Source: an uncultured Flavobacteriales bacterium (GTDB lineage Bacteria > Bacteroidota > Bacteroidia > AKYH767-A > 2013-40CM-41-45). Taken from it: 64,000 bases of DNA. The position numbers and the translations under genes were made by a program. The stretch covers positions 15,277 through 79,276 of the forward strand of contig CAZQOQ010000004.1 in the NCBI GenBank assembly GCA_964595205.1. The letters are read 5' to 3'. Positions 29,683 through 40,654 of the stretch are shown here, in pieces; position 1 is the first letter of the stretch; every line of letters starts with the position of its first letter. The notes beneath the pieces are model-generated. The model was not told where the DNA came from. It ran no database searches and saw nothing but the letters and a program-made list of their open reading frames with translations.

Positions 29683-31515
29683 TTATTTCTTTACCGGCGG
29701 CTTGATACCGCGCTCTTTCGCAATCTGTTCGAGACGTTGCTGGAAACCCGATTTTTTAACGGGCTTTTTGCGGTTTTCCTGAATCTGTGCATGAATTTTA
29801 TTCTCGTCGATGAAGGCCTTGAAGAGGTACTGTTGACCGAAACCAAAGATGTTCGACAGGAAATAATAATAACTCAATCCGGCCGAATAATTATTGAAGA
29901 ATCCCAGGAATAAAACCGGCATGAGGTACATCATCCATTTCATCTGCGGATTCGTGGCTGCGGTCATCTGCATGTTTACCTTCGTATAGATGATGGTTGA
30001 TATCGTCATCAGCAAGGTAAAGAGACTGACGTGACTTCCGTAAAATGGAATGGTAAAAGGCAGATTCATGATCGAATCATAGGTGGAGAGATCATCAGCC
30101 CAAAGGAAACTCTGCTGCCTGAGTTCAATAGAGGAGGGGAAGAACCTGAACATGGCGATCAGTATCGGAAGTTGCAGTAATCCGGGTATGCATCCGCCGA
30201 GTGGATTCACGCCTGCTTTTTTATACAGCGCCATGACTTCCTGCTGCTTCTTCATCGGGTCTTCCTTAAACTTCTCATTGATCTCTGTCATTTCCGGCTG
30301 AAGCACCTTCATCTTCGCCTGGGATTTAAAAGATCCGTAGGTGAGAGGCAGCAGGATGATTCTGACGAGTACGGTAAGAATCAGGATGATCATACCGTAA
30401 TTCAGGTTGAAGCTGTTCAGGAAATTGAAGGTCGGAATGACGAGGAACTTATTGACCCATCCAAAAATACCCCAGCCCAGCGGTATTAATTTTTCCAGAT
30501 TCAGATCGTCGATTTTTTTAAGTGTGGAATAATGATTGGGGCCGAAATAGAAACGCATGCCAAACGTATCAACCGGCTTTCTTTCATAGGGAAGGGAAAA
30601 TGAAGCGGTCATCCGCTTTACAATATCCTTAGAGTCCTTGTTAGCGAGAGTCTCAACTACGGGTGAATCGAAGCTGTTGTCTGCAATCAAAACGGCGGAG
30701 AAAAACTGCTGCTTAAATGCAATCCATTTGACACGGGTTTTCAGGTCTTTCTTCTCATTACTCGTCTCTGTGATGTGATCCACATCCTCATCCGTAAAAC
30801 GATAATAAATTGTGGTTGCAGATCTTTCATTTTCTATGCTCTTCTCATTGCTGTATGCCTCATCCACCCAGTCGACGTTAATGTATGAAGCATTCGAAGC
30901 GATCACATCCTGCAGTCCGACGACATTGATTCGAAAATTCATCAGCAGCGAATCTTCAGGAAGAGTATAGACATATTCTATGTATTTGCCTTCCCCTGCA
31001 GGTAAACGAAGCGTTGCGCTTTTAGTGGCACCCGATGTGCCGGACGATTGAAAATACAGATCCCGGGTATTGATAATTCTGTTCTGTGCGGAAAAACTCA
31101 GGTTAAAAAAGGATGAGTCGCTGTTCAGCAGCCTGAGTGGCTTTCCATCCCAGGTCTTATAGTTTTTTAATTCAGCGCTCTTGACTTTCCCGCCTTTCGA
31201 ACTGATGGTGATTTTTACATTCTTATTTTCAAGTGTTAAAAGCTGCTCGGTGCCGTCGGCGTTTTCTGCAAAATCACCAAGACTCTGTCTTTCTATTTCC
31301 TTTTTCGTTGAATCGTTTAATGTTTCGGCCGAATCAATTACAATGGGTGTGCTATTTTTAATCGCAGCAAGATTTTTTTCTTCTTCAACTTTTGCAATCG
31401 AATCCCGGCGATGCTGAATGGCCAGGAGTTCCTCTTTGCTTGGCTGAGTGAAAATTGAATACGCGATGATGATCAAGCCGATGAGCGAAAGCCCGATAAT
31501 CGAATTTCTGTCCAT
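29683..31515 (-). CDS. yidC: Membrane protein insertase YidC (long Bacteroidota form).
   Basis: An N-terminal transmembrane helix and periplasmic domain are followed by a C-terminal Oxa1/YidC core of 5 transmembrane helices. The basic C-terminal tail is KPPVKK. Confidence 0.85.
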   Translation of the reverse strand: MDRNSIIGLSLIGLIIIAYSIFTQPSKEELLAIQHRRDSIAKVEEEKNLAAIKNSTPIVIDSAETLNDSTKKEIERQSLGDFAENADGTEQLLTLENKNVKITISSKGGKVKSAELKNYKTWDGKPLRLLNSDSSFFNLSFSAQNRIINTRDLYFQSSGTSGATKSATLRLPAGEGKYIEYVYTLPEDSLLMNFRINVVGLQDVIASNASYINVDWVDEAYSNEKSIENERSATTIYYRFTDEDVDHITETSNEKKDLKTRVKWIAFKQQFFSAVLIADNSFDSPVVETLANKDSKDIVKRMTASFSLPYERKPVDTFGMRFYFGPNHYSTLKKIDDLNLEKLIPLGWGIFGWVNKFLVIPTFNFLNSFNLNYGMIILILTVLVRIILLPLTYGSFKSQAKMKVLQPEMTEINEKFKEDPMKKQQEVMALYKKAGVNPLGGCIPGLLQLPILIAMFRFFPSSIELRQQSFLWADDLSTYDSIMNLPFTIPFYGSHVSLFTLLMTISTIIYTKVNMQMTAATNPQMKWMMYLMPVLFLGFFNNYSAGLSYYYFLSNIFGFGQQYLFKAFIDENKIHAQIQENRKKPVKKSGFQQRLEQIAKERGIKPPVKK

Positions 31516-31584
31516 GTAATAATATTAAAAAAAGGAGGGCAAAGATAGAAATTATTCGATGCCATATCGATCAAAAAGGATGGT

Positions 31585-31619
31585 AAAAAAAACGCCGGCA
31601 ATTTTACCGGCGGTTTTTC
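31585..31619 (-). terminator. Rho-independent terminator downstream of the giant T9SS protein gene. It is bidirectional in shape.
   Basis: The sequence is aaaaaaaa-cgccggc-aatttta-ccggcg-ttttt, a GC stem flanked by A and T runs. Confidence 0.6.
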
Positions 31620-31701
31620 CAAAAAGAGAAATGTATTTAAAGTCGTATGAAGATCAGTTGATTATGTTGTAAGAAACCAGTGTTGCTGTTTCTATTTCAT
31701 T

Positions 31702-34700
31702 TTAGTTTTTAAAGAATTGTGTCTGGAGCATGGTATCGCTGTTGTCGGTTCCCGTGATGCGAAGGGTATAAGCGCCGGCAGCAAGATCATCGATCAAAGC
31801 ATGGAGCAGATTGATTCCTTTTTGAACGGTAATTTTTTCATGCCGTACGATGCGGCCGGAAATATCCATGATGTTTAACACCAGGTCTGTATTTTCCCGG
31901 TAGTAGAACTGATACGTAATTGAATTATCAGCAGGGTTCGGATAGAGTTCAATTCCATTGGATCTCTTGCAATCGATGGCGACAGGCTTAGAATAAGAGA
32001 ATGCACCGTCGATGTCTACCTGTTTCAGCCTGTAGTAACGTATGTCTTCACAAAGTTCTTTATCGATGATAGAATATTTAAGCGATTCTGAACTGATACC
32101 TGCACCGTATCCTTTTACCCTGCCGATAGGTTCAAACTCGTATCCGTCTTTGCTTCGTTCAACATCGAAGTAATCGTTATTGGTTTCCGAAGCTGTCTCC
32201 CACTTGCATATAACCACTTCTCCGCTTGGTTCAGCAGTGAAATAGAGTAATTCGATAGGTAAGACGAGTGTTGACTGTGCAGTTGCATAGAAGTGATTAA
32301 AAGAAGTGGAATCGAGTCCGCCCGGCGCAGAGTTAATACTGGTTCTTTGTGTATTAGCCGCGGTACTTGCCGGCACACAATTCCCCAGGAGATGCCACGA
32401 GGTAATTAAATTCGGATCAAGGTTATTGGCCGCCTTGGCAACAGTCCAACCCGCACCTGTATTGTTTGTTTCCCCCACGTTATTTAAGGCAATATTGTAA
32501 TTTCCTGTCATTGCGCTTGTGCTTCTCCTGAATTCCCAATACCCGTTGTTGAAAATTGGCAAAGCGTCGTACGTATTAATAATACACTCGAATGCAGTTG
32601 GTCCCTGAGTAGGTACTGTGGTAAAGCGTTTGAATGTAGACCAGAGATCATATACAAGCGTGGCGCTTGTAAAAGTTATGGTTGCATTGTTGAAACCTAC
32701 GGTAGGGTCCCCAAGAGGGAACTGATAGGTTGCAGGAATGATCGGCGTTGAAATACCGTTGGCGATTTTTCTCCTGAGTACACCCTCGATATAACTATTA
32801 GCATTTCCACCGATGAGTGCGGCAGGTAAATAATATTTCATATTAACCTCGAGAGCAGGAAGAGAAGTAGTGACAATATTACCTGATGTAAGAGTGAGTG
32901 TGGAATCAATGTTCATCTTACTGTTTGGACCGGTGAGCGTAAGCTTTCCGGCTGTTTTATTCATGACTACATCGTTGAGGTTGATGGTGCCGGCTGTATT
33001 TGTAAATGTTGCATTGATGGCCCCGTTGAATTCAACAGTGCTTCCCGAGATTCCGGCCGAGATTCCGGTGAAGGTTCCCGTACCGTTAGCATTTGAAAAA
33101 TTACCGCCAACCTTCATATACTTCCCGTTAATACTGAAGACACTGTTGGCATTCGTTGTAGTGAAGTTCTCTTTCACATCAATGTCATTCTGGATGATTG
33201 CGTTAAAAAGCGGATTCGGTTTTGTAATTACCAGGTTGGCAAATGCATTCGCGCCGGTCAGATTGCCGCTGATTGTTTGCGTGCTGCTACCCGCAAAAAT
33301 GATCGTTGAACCCGGGTTGCAAACGAGGTTTCCGTTATTGGTAAAATTGCCACAGACACTTAATGTGGCTCCTGCCTGCAAGGTCAGCGTTGCTCCCGTG
33401 TTAATCACCAGATTTTTTACACTCTGAATTGGTCCGGCCAGGATATTTGGTTGCCGTCCGTTTGCAGTAGGTACAACCGTTACATCAACAGCACAGGAAG
33501 GTGTGCTTCCGCAGTCACCCCAGTTCGTCGGTGTAGCATAAAGATTATCGGTTAATCCTGTCCATACTGCATTGGTCGATACCGGAGAAATCGGTGTTGG
33601 ACCTCCTGCAGTCGGCGTAAAGTCAAGAGTGAAGCCTGCATTCGCAGCGCTATTATATACATTTAATAACAACACATATGTTCTCGGTGCTCCTGTAAAT
33701 GTAATAGTAGGAGAAAAATATCCGCTTCCTCCCGGAGATATTCCGGTATTAGCGCCTGCTGCCGCAAAGTTACAGCTGGTTGGAGTGCCAATTGTGCCGT
33801 TTTGAATTGCAGCACAACCGTTAGGAGAATTGGTAATGTCCCACATCAGGAAGTCGATGTCTACTGCTGCGGCTGAAGTGATATTAAAATTAATGTTTGC
33901 CGTTCCGCCTGTTAATGCAGGATCAACGGTAAACTGGTACCAGACTGAATTTCTCTCACCGATCGCCCAGCATCCTGTGCCTCCCGGCAAGTCGCAGATG
34001 TTACCATTGTTTCTGAATCCCGGATCTGCAACAACGATATCGGCCGTGCTGCAAACCTGTTGCGCTGCACCGCAATCCTGCTGATTAACCGGAGGGAATG
34101 TAGTAGTTGAACCATCGATGACTGAAACTTCGAAAGATCCGGTTAAAGACCCTACGCCATCTACGGCAATGTAGAATGTTTCACCCGGAGTGAGGCCTGT
34201 ATATAACTGATCGGAGAAGCTGAAAAAACTTCCACCGCTGCAAGGGGTACCGTCGTTGTTACATGCTTTTGGTGCATTCGTGGTAGCAGCATTCGCACAG
34301 CCATTGGCGAAAGTATATCCCTGTATTTGTGTATCGGTCAATGTCAGCGGATGTGTCCTCACTCGTACCTGTCCACTAGCCGGCACCACCGTCGAGAACC
34401 AGACTGTATTTACCGTTCCTCCCGCTACACACTGAGCCGGATTTGTCGGTTCGCTGGTGGAGCCTGCGCATGTATTGTTGCCCGACATGGTTGCACCAAG
34501 CGGAATGGCGACGGCGGCACAAGGAATATCATTGGTAGGAGCGCAGTTACTCTGGAAGCAGATGTCGAAGTTTCCTTCATTCTCAGGATGCTCGGACCAG
34601 ACGCGGATGTAATACGTTGTACCATTCACTACAGGAATAGTTAAAAGAGGCATGCCATTGGGTCCTGAATTATAATCGCAGGCATAAGGTGCTCCGAAAG

Positions 34701-36564
34701 ATCCGCAAGTACCCGTATAAATTGCCATAGCTGCATTGGCTGTGGGATTCACAGCACTTTGATACGTGCTTATCAGGAGTGATCCGGAGAATATGGCTGT
34801 AAATTTCAGCCAGACATCGCCGGTAACTCCATCAAGAAAATATGGCGGTAACCCGGCCGGCACGCGTGGCGGAATACACGAAGGAACTCCGGCTTGTCCT
34901 ACCGGCGTCGGATTCGCACAGGAGGTCGTAAAAGTTTGAGGAGTACATGTCACTCCAAGGGCGATGTTACCCAGAGGAGTCGCATTCAAACAATCGTCGT
35001 TGGCAGGCGCCGCTCCTGCGCTTGTAATGTTTATGTTAAAAGAAATATTTGTATTCCCGAGGGCAGTGTCATTATCAACGATGATGTAATACGTCTGACC
35101 TGCTGTTAACGGAACTGCACTGATAGAACCGGTTCCCGTTGAGAATTCCATTGAGTTCAAACAATTGCTGCCGCCTGAATTCGGACATCCGCTGTAAACA
35201 AAGACGCCGGGATTATTATTTGCTGTTGTCAGATCAATTTTGATACAACCGTTTGCCGCAGGGGTGTATGCGAAGACATAGTCTTCACCGTTCATGTAAA
35301 TCGAATGACAGGCTGAAGAGGTGCTGTCATAATTATCCACTGCACCGGCGGTTGTTCCACTGTAGTTAAAAGGTAGTGAGCAAATCCAGTTTGGTGCAGC
35401 ACAGGTATTTCCGGTACCGGCAACGACACCTGCATCCTTCGCACAGATGTTGAATTTGCCGCCGACATCACCATCGGCTGTCACACGTATGTATAATACT
35501 TCAGAAACGCAGGCTGCCCTGGAGACGGTTACTTCGCCGAAGGTTGGATTGGCCGTACTGGTAGAAGAGCACAGGATCGCTCCTCCGCCACAGGGCGCAG
35601 AATAGACTTCGACGGAAGTTCCTGCTACCGGCTGACAACCGGAATAGGGCGAAGTGGTTACAGTTACAGCCGAAACGCCCGCTGGTTTAGTGACTTTAAA
35701 CCAAACATCTGCAACATCAGTGGTGGAACAATTTGTCGATCCGGAAGTGACTGCATTGTTAATGTTGTAGACCTGGTTATTGCAAAAAATCGTGAGAGGT
35801 CCCAGGTCCTTTGCATTTGCACAATTGTCATACAACTGGTAGGGTGTAAAATTATATGTCGCGTTAGCAGGCCTGGTTGCTATATTGCTGGTCTCTATTG
35901 TACTGTCGGCATATGTTGCTGCAGCAGGAAAATTATATGAATAATAATCTCCGGTACAAACACCGGCAATACCGATGGAAGCAGTAGGCGAACCGGTGAT
36001 CACATAGGCGGCATTGCTGTAATACATGCTGACAGCGCCTGTTGCACCGTCTATTTTCACCCAGAATAAATTTGCTGCTGTTGCATTCGTATTATCAATC
36101 TTTGCTGTCCATCTTACCCATAATGCGCCGCCGGTAAAATTGTAGCTGATCTGGGATGTTGCCAGGTCATCCCAAAAAGGTGCAATTATCGGGTAACCAC
36201 CGTTATAAGTCGACAACGAATTGGTGTTTAAATATCCACCTGCAGAAAGTGAAGCCGGCACTGCACCAACTCCGGTAGGGATTAATGCCACCCATCCGTT
36301 CGTTGAAACTACAATCTGTGTGTAAGTAACTCCCGCAAACCTCACGCTCATTCCTGCAGGGGCGAATAAATATCCAAAATCGTTTTGATTGGCAATAGGA
36401 ACGATCTGGTTGACATTGGGTGCAGCAGCCGGATAGGCTGTAGTTCCAACCGCATTTGTAAACACATATGAAATACCAATACCCGGTTGTGCAGCTAATT
36501 TAGAAAAGGTCGAACAGAAAATTACTAAAAACAACAGTGTGCATTTCGTATATAATTTTTTCAT
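31702..36564 (-). CDS. Giant (1620 aa) secreted surface protein with a T9SS type A C-terminal sorting domain. It is adhesin-like, and Thr/Gly/Asn/Ser/Ala-rich.
   Basis: The signal peptide is MKKLYTKCTLLFLVIFCSTFSKLAAQ. The C-terminus ...ELYPNPADNSITYQFYY...LRITGTDNSDTMLQTQFFKN matches the T9SS CTD pattern. Confidence 0.8.
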   Translation of the reverse strand: MKKLYTKCTLLFLVIFCSTFSKLAAQPGIGISYVFTNAVGTTAYPAAAPNVNQIVPIANQNDFGYLFAPAGMSVRFAGVTYTQIVVSTNGWVALIPTGVGAVPASLSAGGYLNTNSLSTYNGGYPIIAPFWDDLATSQISYNFTGGALWVRWTAKIDNTNATAANLFWVKIDGATGAVSMYYSNAAYVITGSPTASIGIAGVCTGDYYSYNFPAAATYADSTIETSNIATRPANATYNFTPYQLYDNCANAKDLGPLTIFCNNQVYNINNAVTSGSTNCSTTDVADVWFKVTKPAGVSAVTVTTSPYSGCQPVAGTSVEVYSAPCGGGAILCSSTSTANPTFGEVTVSRAACVSEVLYIRVTADGDVGGKFNICAKDAGVVAGTGNTCAAPNWICSLPFNYSGTTAGAVDNYDSTSSACHSIYMNGEDYVFAYTPAANGCIKIDLTTANNNPGVFVYSGCPNSGGSNCLNSMEFSTGTGSISAVPLTAGQTYYIIVDNDTALGNTNISFNINITSAGAAPANDDCLNATPLGNIALGVTCTPQTFTTSCANPTPVGQAGVPSCIPPRVPAGLPPYFLDGVTGDVWLKFTAIFSGSLLISTYQSAVNPTANAAMAIYTGTCGSFGAPYACDYNSGPNGMPLLTIPVVNGTTYYIRVWSEHPENEGNFDICFQSNCAPTNDIPCAAVAIPLGATMSGNNTCAGSTSEPTNPAQCVAGGTVNTVWFSTVVPASGQVRVRTHPLTLTDTQIQGYTFANGCANAATTNAPKACNNDGTPCSGGSFFSFSDQLYTGLTPGETFYIAVDGVGSLTGSFEVSVIDGSTTTFPPVNQQDCGAAQQVCSTADIVVADPGFRNNGNICDLPGGTGCWAIGERNSVWYQFTVDPALTGGTANINFNITSAAAVDIDFLMWDITNSPNGCAAIQNGTIGTPTSCNFAAAGANTGISPGGSGYFSPTITFTGAPRTYVLLLNVYNSAANAGFTLDFTPTAGGPTPISPVSTNAVWTGLTDNLYATPTNWGDCGSTPSCAVDVTVVPTANGRQPNILAGPIQSVKNLVINTGATLTLQAGATLSVCGNFTNNGNLVCNPGSTIIFAGSSTQTISGNLTGANAFANLVITKPNPLFNAIIQNDIDVKENFTTTNANSVFSINGKYMKVGGNFSNANGTGTFTGISAGISGSTVEFNGAINATFTNTAGTINLNDVVMNKTAGKLTLTGPNSKMNIDSTLTLTSGNIVTTSLPALEVNMKYYLPAALIGGNANSYIEGVLRRKIANGISTPIIPATYQFPLGDPTVGFNNATITFTSATLVYDLWSTFKRFTTVPTQGPTAFECIINTYDALPIFNNGYWEFRRSTSAMTGNYNIALNNVGETNNTGAGWTVAKAANNLDPNLITSWHLLGNCVPASTAANTQRTSINSAPGGLDSTSFNHFYATAQSTLVLPIELLYFTAEPSGEVVICKWETASETNNDYFDVERSKDGYEFEPIGRVKGYGAGISSESLKYSIIDKELCEDIRYYRLKQVDIDGAFSYSKPVAIDCKRSNGIELYPNPADNSITYQFYYRENTDLVLNIMDISGRIVRHEKITVQKGINLLHALIDDLAAGAYTLRITGTDNSDTMLQTQFFKN

Positions 36565-36858
36565 AGTTCTTAATTAAATGCTAAAGTTTTTGATTCAGGA
36601 GAGGAGTTATTTATACCCGAACTGCCGGGGTTTAATAAATTCCTTCAAAAATCGATAAATTAAAAGATATAAACAACATTTCCTTCAATTCCCTGTTAAA
36701 TAAATTGTAAACATCAGAATAGCATTTGCCAATGTCAAATTTTGGAGGACGAAGAGTTTTTATGGGTTTTTTTGATCATAATTAAGTTTCTTTGAGAAAC
36801 CAAGGCTGAATTATTTTATCATTGCAGTCTGAATCCTTACTCACATCAAAATTCCCGT

Positions 36859-37869
36859 ATGATTTCAAAATTTACACGAATAATAATAATATTGTTTTGC
36901 CTCAATTTGCCTGTTCTTGAAGCTCAACCTGTTTTATCCCAGGTTAATATTCCGGACGCAGGATCATTGTGGTCAAATACAACGATCACTGACACAACAT
37001 TGCAGCCTGGTCCCGGCGGTCAGGGTCAGGTCTGGAATTTTTTCAGTTATTTCATTTACCCTTCGGTATTATCTGAAAATTATGTTGCTACAAACGGCAC
37101 CGGAAACGACTTGTTATTTCCTGGTGCAAATCTGAAAGTGAATTCATATTTTGGATTTGATGATTATTACTACAGGACAGCATCGTCTCTCCAATACCTT
37201 GGTTCCAAGAATAATTCGATTGAGGTGATTTTAACAAATGTTCAGAATACCCTCACTGTTCCTTTGCAATATGGTGATGTAGTTACAAATTCTGCAGTCA
37301 CCGGCACAGGTTTACAGGGTTATCCTCTTACCGGTACCATTACAACAACAGCAGATGGAACCGGCGACCTGATTCTCTTTTCGGGAGCGTTTACGAATAC
37401 CCTTCGAGTTGTCACCGACATGAACCTCATTATTGCAGAAGGTACCGGAGTCGATACATACCTGCATATGATAAAATATTCTTGGTATACTTCTGCTTAT
37501 CGTGCACCTGTATTCCAGGTTTCGATTCTGAACCTGGATGGAGCGCTCGGTTTTTCCCATCAGAAATACATTACCGTCAGCACGCTAACGACCGACATTC
37601 AAAACACCGAAAAGGGAAACTTCGATTTCATCATCAATCCAAATCCGGTAAAGAATAAGACTAATCTCTATTTTAATTTAAATCATTCTTACGATGTTAA
37701 ATTAAAAGTGATGGATTTAACCGGCCGACTCTGGAAAGAAGTAACCAACAGTGTAAATGCCGGAAGCAATTTCATTCCTCTGGATCTTTCCACGTTGCCA
37801 AAGGGGATTTATATCTTATCGGCCGACTACGGAAAGACCAGTCGTCAGCGCCGGCTGATCGTCGAATAA
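36859..37869 (+). CDS. Secreted protein with a T9SS C-terminal sorting domain, divergently transcribed from the giant T9SS protein.
   Basis: There is a signal peptide, and the C-terminus is FDFIINPNPVKNKTNLYFNL...LPKGIYILSADYGKTSRQRRLIVE. Confidence 0.7.
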   Translation: MISKFTRIIIILFCLNLPVLEAQPVLSQVNIPDAGSLWSNTTITDTTLQPGPGGQGQVWNFFSYFIYPSVLSENYVATNGTGNDLLFPGANLKVNSYFGFDDYYYRTASSLQYLGSKNNSIEVILTNVQNTLTVPLQYGDVVTNSAVTGTGLQGYPLTGTITTTADGTGDLILFSGAFTNTLRVVTDMNLIIAEGTGVDTYLHMIKYSWYTSAYRAPVFQVSILNLDGALGFSHQKYITVSTLTTDIQNTEKGNFDFIINPNPVKNKTNLYFNLNHSYDVKLKVMDLTGRLWKEVTNSVNAGSNFIPLDLSTLPKGIYILSADYGKTSRQRRLIVE

Positions 37870-39534
<1,665 letters not shown>

Positions 39535-39641
39535 TTAAGTTGTTTAAAAATGCCGGGAAACCAGAAAATGATTTCATCAACACGGGGTACAAATGTACGC
39601 TATCGTTTCCAACAAAAAAATTTCACCGGATAAAAAATAAT

Positions 39642-40607
39642 ATGGAACCTTGCAATTGCTTGAAACGGACATTGCTTATATTCTTGGTTGTTGTTTCTAT
39701 CCGCTTAAATGGACAGGAAAGCGGTAAAGACCTGTTTGACAACGCTTCTGCCGGTTATTCGTCATTTGCAAGACAGATGAAAACGGATTCGGTATTAAGC
39801 TTCCGGACTAAAAAAGGGTATTTCCCTTCATTGTTGAATAATTTTATCTACCAGGCCACATTTCCTGTCCGGATGAATGAAAAGGATCTTTTCGTCCTTG
39901 GTGGTGTCACCATCATTACTCTTTCGCTGATTCATTATGACCAGGAGATCGATCACTTCTTTAAACCTGTGAATAACGATCATCCGCACATCGGAAATTT
40001 CAGCAGCCAGATTACCGACCTGGGAGACTATAAAGGATATATACTTTTAGCCGGTTACGGTATATACACGATAGGTTTTCACAAATACAGGGGATTCCGT
40101 GCTTCGTTGCTTGCATCGCAGGCGGCCATCACTGCGGGCCTCTGGATCAGGGGAATTAAAATCCTGACCGGAAGAATGAGGCCCGGCGCAACATACAACG
40201 ATGTGCAGTATAATTCCGATCACTGGTTCGGACCGTTTGCGCAATTCAAAAAATACAACGTTCAGCACGGTGTTGCCGACTTTGATGCATTTCCTTCCGG
40301 CCATACGGGAGCCATCTTCGCAATGGCTACAGTGTTCAGCGAATTGTACAAAGACTATAAAGCCGTTCCAATCATCATGTATTCGACTGCCGGAATTGTC
40401 GGCATTTCAAGACTGGTGCAGCACGAGCACTGGGCATCGGATGTTTTTCTCGGTTCTGTCATCGGTTACCTGTGCGGGAAGCAGGTGGTGGCAAACGAAA
40501 AAAAAATGTTTCCAGGTTATTCAACCGGGAAGAAAAGAACCATGTCATTTATTTTCCCTTATAATGAAAACGGAATCTCAGGTTTGAAATACTGCATTAT
40601 TTTTTAG
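39642..40607 (+). CDS. PAP2-superfamily phosphatase with a signal peptide.
   Basis: The PAP2 motifs are GRMRPG, PSGHTG and SRLVQHEHWASD. The start was chosen at the internal Met (39642) preceding the signal peptide MEPCNCLKRTLLIFLVVV. Confidence 0.7.
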   Translation: MEPCNCLKRTLLIFLVVVSIRLNGQESGKDLFDNASAGYSSFARQMKTDSVLSFRTKKGYFPSLLNNFIYQATFPVRMNEKDLFVLGGVTIITLSLIHYDQEIDHFFKPVNNDHPHIGNFSSQITDLGDYKGYILLAGYGIYTIGFHKYRGFRASLLASQAAITAGLWIRGIKILTGRMRPGATYNDVQYNSDHWFGPFAQFKKYNVQHGVADFDAFPSGHTGAIFAMATVFSELYKDYKAVPIIMYSTAGIVGISRLVQHEHWASDVFLGSVIGYLCGKQVVANEKKMFPGYSTGKKRTMSFIFPYNENGISGLKYCIIF

Positions 40608-40654
40608 AATAAAAAATCATGCAATGCCAATTTCACGAATAAATCTGCAGCCGC

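Noticed and set aside
32870-33427. A 185-aa plus-strand ORF (and several others at 33572-35109) inside the giant T9SS gene.
   Set aside because: These are antisense shadow ORFs within a long compositionally biased coding region, with no independent signal.
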